A DNA stretch of 64,000 nucleotides. Source: Lama glama. Taxonomy: Eukaryota. The stretch spans positions 41,108,001 to 41,172,000 of the forward strand of contig CM052818.1 in NCBI GenBank assembly GCA_028534125.1, given 5' to 3'. Below the pieces are notes generated by a model. It ran no database searches, was not told the DNA's origin, and was given only the letters and a program-made list of their open reading frames with translations. Both the position numbers and the translations under genes were made by a program. Positions 62,520 to 64,000 of this stretch are shown in pieces. Positions within the stretch are counted from its first letter, which is position 1, and each line of letters begins with the position of its first letter.

Positions 62520-63990
62520 ATAGTGTTTACCCTTGACGCTTTCTCCTCTCATCCTATCCCTGATGATCACCCATAGTATTATTATGATGGCAGTCCAATC
62601 CCTAGCCTCAGGTTTTCATTGGATGAGTGGGGGAATGTTTTAAACTACATCAGTGGTGGAGCTACCTAGATAATCTCCAGCATCTGAGACTTAATATGAA
62701 ACTTATTGTCTGCACCTGCCACTTGCCTTCCAAACCAGGTCCTTCTGTAATCTTGATCATGATTCTACTACCTAGTTAGTTAAGTGTACAAATTAGAAGC
62801 CTTATATTCAGCATTCATTTCTGTATCCAGAGTTCCTAAATCCAGTTAATTGTTAACTCCATTTTTGCTTTCAACTGCCAGCACCCAAGTCCAGGCTTTT
62901 TTTATTTTTCACTGGGATACTATAATTACTTCTGCTGGGAGACAAGCTGCTGGAAAACAAGCCGCTGGAACCCGAACAGCTGGAAAACAAGCCGCACCTA
63001 AATTTCCATGAGCTTAAAATATTATATTCACCCTTGCTTGTTTAAAATGCACGTGCTTGCTTTGTTTTAATGTTTTACGCAGTAGATGACCTATAGCACG
63101 TTTTATGCTAAAGACAATTTGTGGTGAGCAATCCTGAGACTGACTATAAAGGCATGAAGGAGGGCAGATGTTTCCTTAGGGTAAAGTGATGGACAGTCCT
63201 GGAAAGCCGGATCATCCATTAACAGAACTTTGTTCTGGCCTGAAAGCATGCGGTTAAGCCCAGGGGAAACATTTGCTATCTTGAGATGTCCAGGAGGCAA
63301 TAGCAGGATAGATTTAGAAATTTTGCATACCTCGAGGAGGGTGATTGTTCCTGGAAGGAATAGGCCTGAAATTAATCAGTTAATCAGCAAGCAGAACTTG
63401 GTGCTTATCGCATGGAATATCTAAAGCCTCACCTCTTTGATCGCATTTTTTCTGAGCTGTATACTCCTAATAAATACGATGTCGACCCAGCTTTCGGGAC
63501 TCTGGAGCCATGAGATCTTGAGTCCCCTGGTCCCATCTTTGCTCTTTACTTTGTCTCTTTATTTCTTAAGTCTTGTGTCGCCCGTCCTCAGACACGATCC
63601 CACGCTGTGCTGGACACAGCATACTTCTGTACTGGATTTTTTGCCTTTATATTTTCCCCACTTATTTCTCACTCTCACCAATTTCCTTTTTAAAGGAAAA
63701 TCCAATCCTGGCATTTCCCTGCTTAGCAGTCTTAGATTGGTTTTCCGTATGTGAGATGATTTCCAAGATTTTATCATCATTAGAAGTTTGACCGGTAACA
63801 GATATGTACAAGGCCCTCATTATGACATTAAATTTTTACAAATTACCTTTCTGTCCTTATCTGGGGCTATTCAGCACCATATAGCAAACTTCTTGTTTTT
63901 CAAACGTACCTTGCTTTTTTTATAACCGTATGACTTTGTTCAAATAATTGTCTCTGGAAGCCCAGCCCTAATCTAATACCTGATGCATTC
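62520..63990. mobile_element. L2 LINE fragment interrupted by the ERV2-type LTR
   Basis: Pyrimidine-rich L2-like sequence on both sides: 'actgccagcacccaagtccaggc...actgggatactataat' and 'atttccctgcttagcagtcttagattggttttcc'. Confidence 0.6.
62933..63621 (+). mobile_element. Young ERV2/ERVK (betaretrovirus-like) solo LTR, 689 bp
   Basis: TG...CA ends, exact 6-bp TSD TACTTC (62927-32 and 63622-27), AATAAA at 63469-74, many retained CpGs, and U3 direct repeat 'gctggaaaacaagccgc' x2. Confidence 0.9.
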
Positions 63991-64000
63991 CTTGCGCTCA

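Overview
AT-rich mammalian intronic or intergenic DNA. I found no recognisable protein-coding gene, RNA gene or CpG island, and the supplied ORFs are chance ORFs or decayed transposon frames. The repeats are MIR, L2, L3/CR1, old and young L1, ERVL pol, MaLR, ERV1 and ERV2 LTRs, and hAT/Tigger MITEs. I saw no Alu, B1/B2, Bov-tA/BovB, PRE1 or Can-SINE. This, plus the form of the young L1 3' end at 27.2 kb, points to a cetartiodactyl, probably a camelid (inference). Highlights: (1) a 2.6-kb LTR hotspot at 51.2-53.8 kb, with a nested insertion stack bounded by readable target-site duplications (TSDs), a perfect STAT GAS site, and two independent same-family solo LTRs in convergent inverted orientation; (2) a 2.7-kb L1 with its 5'UTR fused directly to the ORF2 C-terminus; (3) a ~210-bp poly(A)-tailed, TSD-flanked retrocopy of an unidentified mRNA 3' end; (4) an old ~190-bp local duplication; (5) an interrupted (CAG)4CGG(CAG)14 tract; (6) a young ERV2-type solo LTR; (7) candidate CTCF, enhancer and promoter motifs and candidate small exons. 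Repeat family names are from recollection of consensus sequences and need RepeatMasker/Dfam confirmation; boundaries of old repeats are approximate. I cannot support a novel coding system here.
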